Source of the DNA: the human T2T-CHM13v2.0 reference genome, Homo sapiens
Assembly: GCF_009914755.1 (NCBI RefSeq)
Contig: NC_060935.1
Reading direction: 5' to 3' (one strand)
Length of the DNA stretch: 64,000 nucleotides
The translations under genes and the position numbers were made by a program. Each line of letters starts with the position of its first letter. Position 1 is the first letter of the stretch. This document shows, in pieces, positions 60,996 to 64,000 of the stretch. The notes beneath the pieces are model-generated. The model was not told the DNA's origin. It did no database searches and saw nothing but the letters and a program-made list of their open reading frames with translations.

Positions 60996-61320
60996 GAAAT
61001 TCTGAAAATGAATTTACAAAGTTTTTTAAAGGCCCATCTACAGGACAATAATCAATTTCATTCCTTAGGTACAATTAATTGGGATTTATAGAAAAAAATC
61101 ATTTGCATTTTTTTACAGTTTACTTGGTTTCAAAATAGCTCAAAGACAATCAAAGATGTAAATAACCTGAATGAGTAATCTAGACAACACACCCATTATT
61201 TTTTTCCTCATTTTAAAGGCTCCCCAAATTTTTCTTGATGTTTTCTAAGGCCAAGACTGTATTTGGAGTTTCACATTAATTATTTATTAAAGTTTCTAAA
61301 TTTTTATGTTGATATTTCTA

Positions 61321-61590
<270 letters not shown>

Positions 61591-61879
61591 AGAAAGAAGG
61601 TTCATTTAATCTCATTGGCCCTTATGGAAAAATAATATCAATTACTCTATATAAATTTTAATATATTCTTGTGCATTATTTTACTAAGGAATTCCCTACC
61701 AGAACATTATAGTAAGCTATTTATTAATTGTAAGTGTAATTGTAACATAAAATTTGAATAAAAGTGAAATATTAACAATGTTTAAAATGTTCTAACAGAT
61801 TAACAAATACAACAATAAGTTCTTTACACTAGTGATAATATAGCAAAATTTAATATTTTTACATTTGAGGGGATAACAA

Positions 61880-63238
61880 TTTTTTTTTTTTTTTTTTTTT
61901 AATTACATGTAATTGTTTATTTAAAATAATTTTCCAGGTCTTCCAATGATTTAACAGGCTTTGCTTCACTTTTATCATCTCAAACAGCTATAAATCAACA
62001 CACTTTTTGTATTTTATTTTACTACTATGTATGCTATTTTAATAACATTTTTCTTTATTAATACTAGAACCAAATATATTGACCAATAAGCAGTATAGAT
62101 TTAAATTATCTTCTTGGGTTGGTCTGAGGTTGCTGATGGATTCTTGGGATTGATCTGATGCTAGAAGCTATCTTAGGCCCTGTCTCTAACTCACTGTATG
62201 TTTCAGGCAAAACATGCCACGGTTCTAGGTCTGTTTTCTCATCTGCAAAATAAACACCCAAATTAGATGATACTTATTGTTTTAACTAGCTATAAAATTC
62301 CAATACTATATTCCCCATCATTTTCACTTACTTTTACTTAATCTTTATTTGCTACTTTTCCACCTATAAAGCGTAATTTTCCATATCAAGTAAACATAAA
62401 TTCATTAAAAAATAAACACAAACCCAAAATATTCTTATTCTAATATATCTGCATTAATAGATAAAAAGGCTTTAGCTTTAATTTTCATTTTTCATTTCTA
62501 CCTCTTAAAGTCAATGATAAACTCACAAGTGTAAAATGAATGCATTTAAAAACATAAAAGATACATTTCAATGACAAGAAATATGCAATGATCATGAAAA
62601 TCTACTGTACACTTTGCCACGGTCAAAGAATGAAGGACAATATGGAAAAGCCAATCTTCAAATATATCCTTAACAAAAACTCTCTCCTGCATAGTAAAAG
62701 CATCATCTAAACAGCAGCTCCAACCAAAAAAAAAAAAAAAAAAAAACAAGCAGGGGAGATGGGACAGATAACTTTCTTCAGGTTTTCCAGATAAAAACAT
62801 GTGGTCACCAGGAATTCAAGGTAACTAGGTACTTCAAAAGCCACATTTAATACAAAATAAAATGAGCATTTCTGACAGATGACAACAGTATGAAACTGAT
62901 TTTTTTCTTTCCTAGATACAAAAATGATATGGGGCATTTCTTAACAGTTTAGTAATCGTCTAAGAATAATTGTAGAAATAACCCCAATTCCACCATCCCA
63001 GCCACTGGTGTAAAACAAATACCTTCCATGAAACTGTCTTTCACATAACTAAAATATCCTCACTTACTTGGAACAATTTCATGCTTACACATGATCACAA
63101 ACATTTGTTTTTAGATGTTGTGGAATTACTGGAGCTGAGATTTCTGAAACAATATCTGAATCTTAGCAGAGAGATAATAATCCTTTCACTATACATTGCT
63201 TGGGCTTCCTTAACCAAATCTGAGTAACTACTGTAATA
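61880..63238 (-). pseudogene. 5'-truncated processed retrocopy of an mRNA/lncRNA 3' end (UTR-only)
   Basis: T21 tract 61880-61900; minus-strand AATAAA at 61916-61921; perfect 12-bp TSD ATAACAATTTTT (61873-61884, 63239-63250) followed by AA, i.e. L1 EN site TTTT/AA. Confidence 0.88.
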
Positions 63239-64000
63239 ATAACAATTTTTAAGAAAAATTTGAATTTTTAAAATATTAATAGATGTCATAATCAGCTTAT
63301 ATAAATATTTTTTAAACTGATAGAAATAAATATAAGCAACTATGTAATATTTTAAAAACTGAGGCTGCATATGTATGAGGGTTTATGTGTCTCCTGAAGA
63401 GAACAGGAATCTGAGCTTCAGTAACTGCTTCCAGTGTTTCATTCTTTCCTGCAAAACTCTGAATATTAACAGAAATGCAAAAAAGTGGCTTTATGTCTCA
63501 CAATGAAGAATACAGTGATGTCAAGATGTCAGATCCTCAGATCAGATTTTATATGTATACATTAAACAGCGAAACAAGTTCAGATTGACATTAGCCTGAA
63601 GTAAAATTTATCTCATGGCATCCCTTGTCCAGATCAGCCCTGGACCAGTTGTACATCAATATGTGCAATGAGGGCACCCCCTAGTGGTTAGATACTAAAG
63701 CAGCTTTTCAACTGACACTTCATGTATATAAAGACAAAAACAGTAATTTAAGAGAAAAACTATCAAAATAGATGCACTATGCAGAGTGATACATTTTAAA
63801 ATAAGAATAGAAGTAAAAAGAAGAAAAGTCTTCTCAGCGTCCCCACTGTCCTCATTCCCCAAGCTGTTCCCACTAGCTGGGTGCCCAGAGGTGGTCCCCA
63901 TCTAGAGATTTTTTTATTTGTCTTTCTTTTTGTTTTGTGTTTTTGGTTTTCCCCAGTGGTCACAGTTATCATATACTCATACGTTATCTTTGATGTCCTC

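Noticed and set aside
62546-63370. ORFs in the retrocopy as parent-gene coding sequence
   Set aside because: Short, composition-biased, and one crosses the insertion boundary; consistent with UTR.

Overview
AT-rich, repeat-dominated primate genomic DNA, almost certainly human because it carries a near-consensus AluYa5. I find no host protein-coding exon: every recognisable ORF is a LINE-1 ORF1/ORF2 remnant, a MaLR internal ORF or an Alu/low-complexity artefact. The window holds the 5' half of an L1PA7-like element, two THE1 (MaLR) proviruses, a LOR1-type ERV1 provirus with PBS/PPT, a near full-length older L1PA element with nested insertions, solo LTRs (MER11D, MER67, MLT1, THE1D/MST), DNA-transposon MITEs, about 11 Alus and several 5'-truncated L1 3' ends. 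I cannot support a new biological system. The most notable signal is a cluster of non-TE sequences mobilised by L1 machinery: a young ~1.35 kb polyadenylated retrocopy with perfect TSD (61.9-63.2 kb), a ~600 bp polyadenylated orphan insert splitting an Alu (16.7-17.3 kb), an L1PA7-type 3' transduction inside an older L1 ORF1 (41.1-42.2 kb) and a tailless 5S rRNA retropseudogene (34.07 kb). Several templated-insertion repair scars are also visible. Subfamily names come from recalled consensus sequences and were not checked against Dfam/Repbase.
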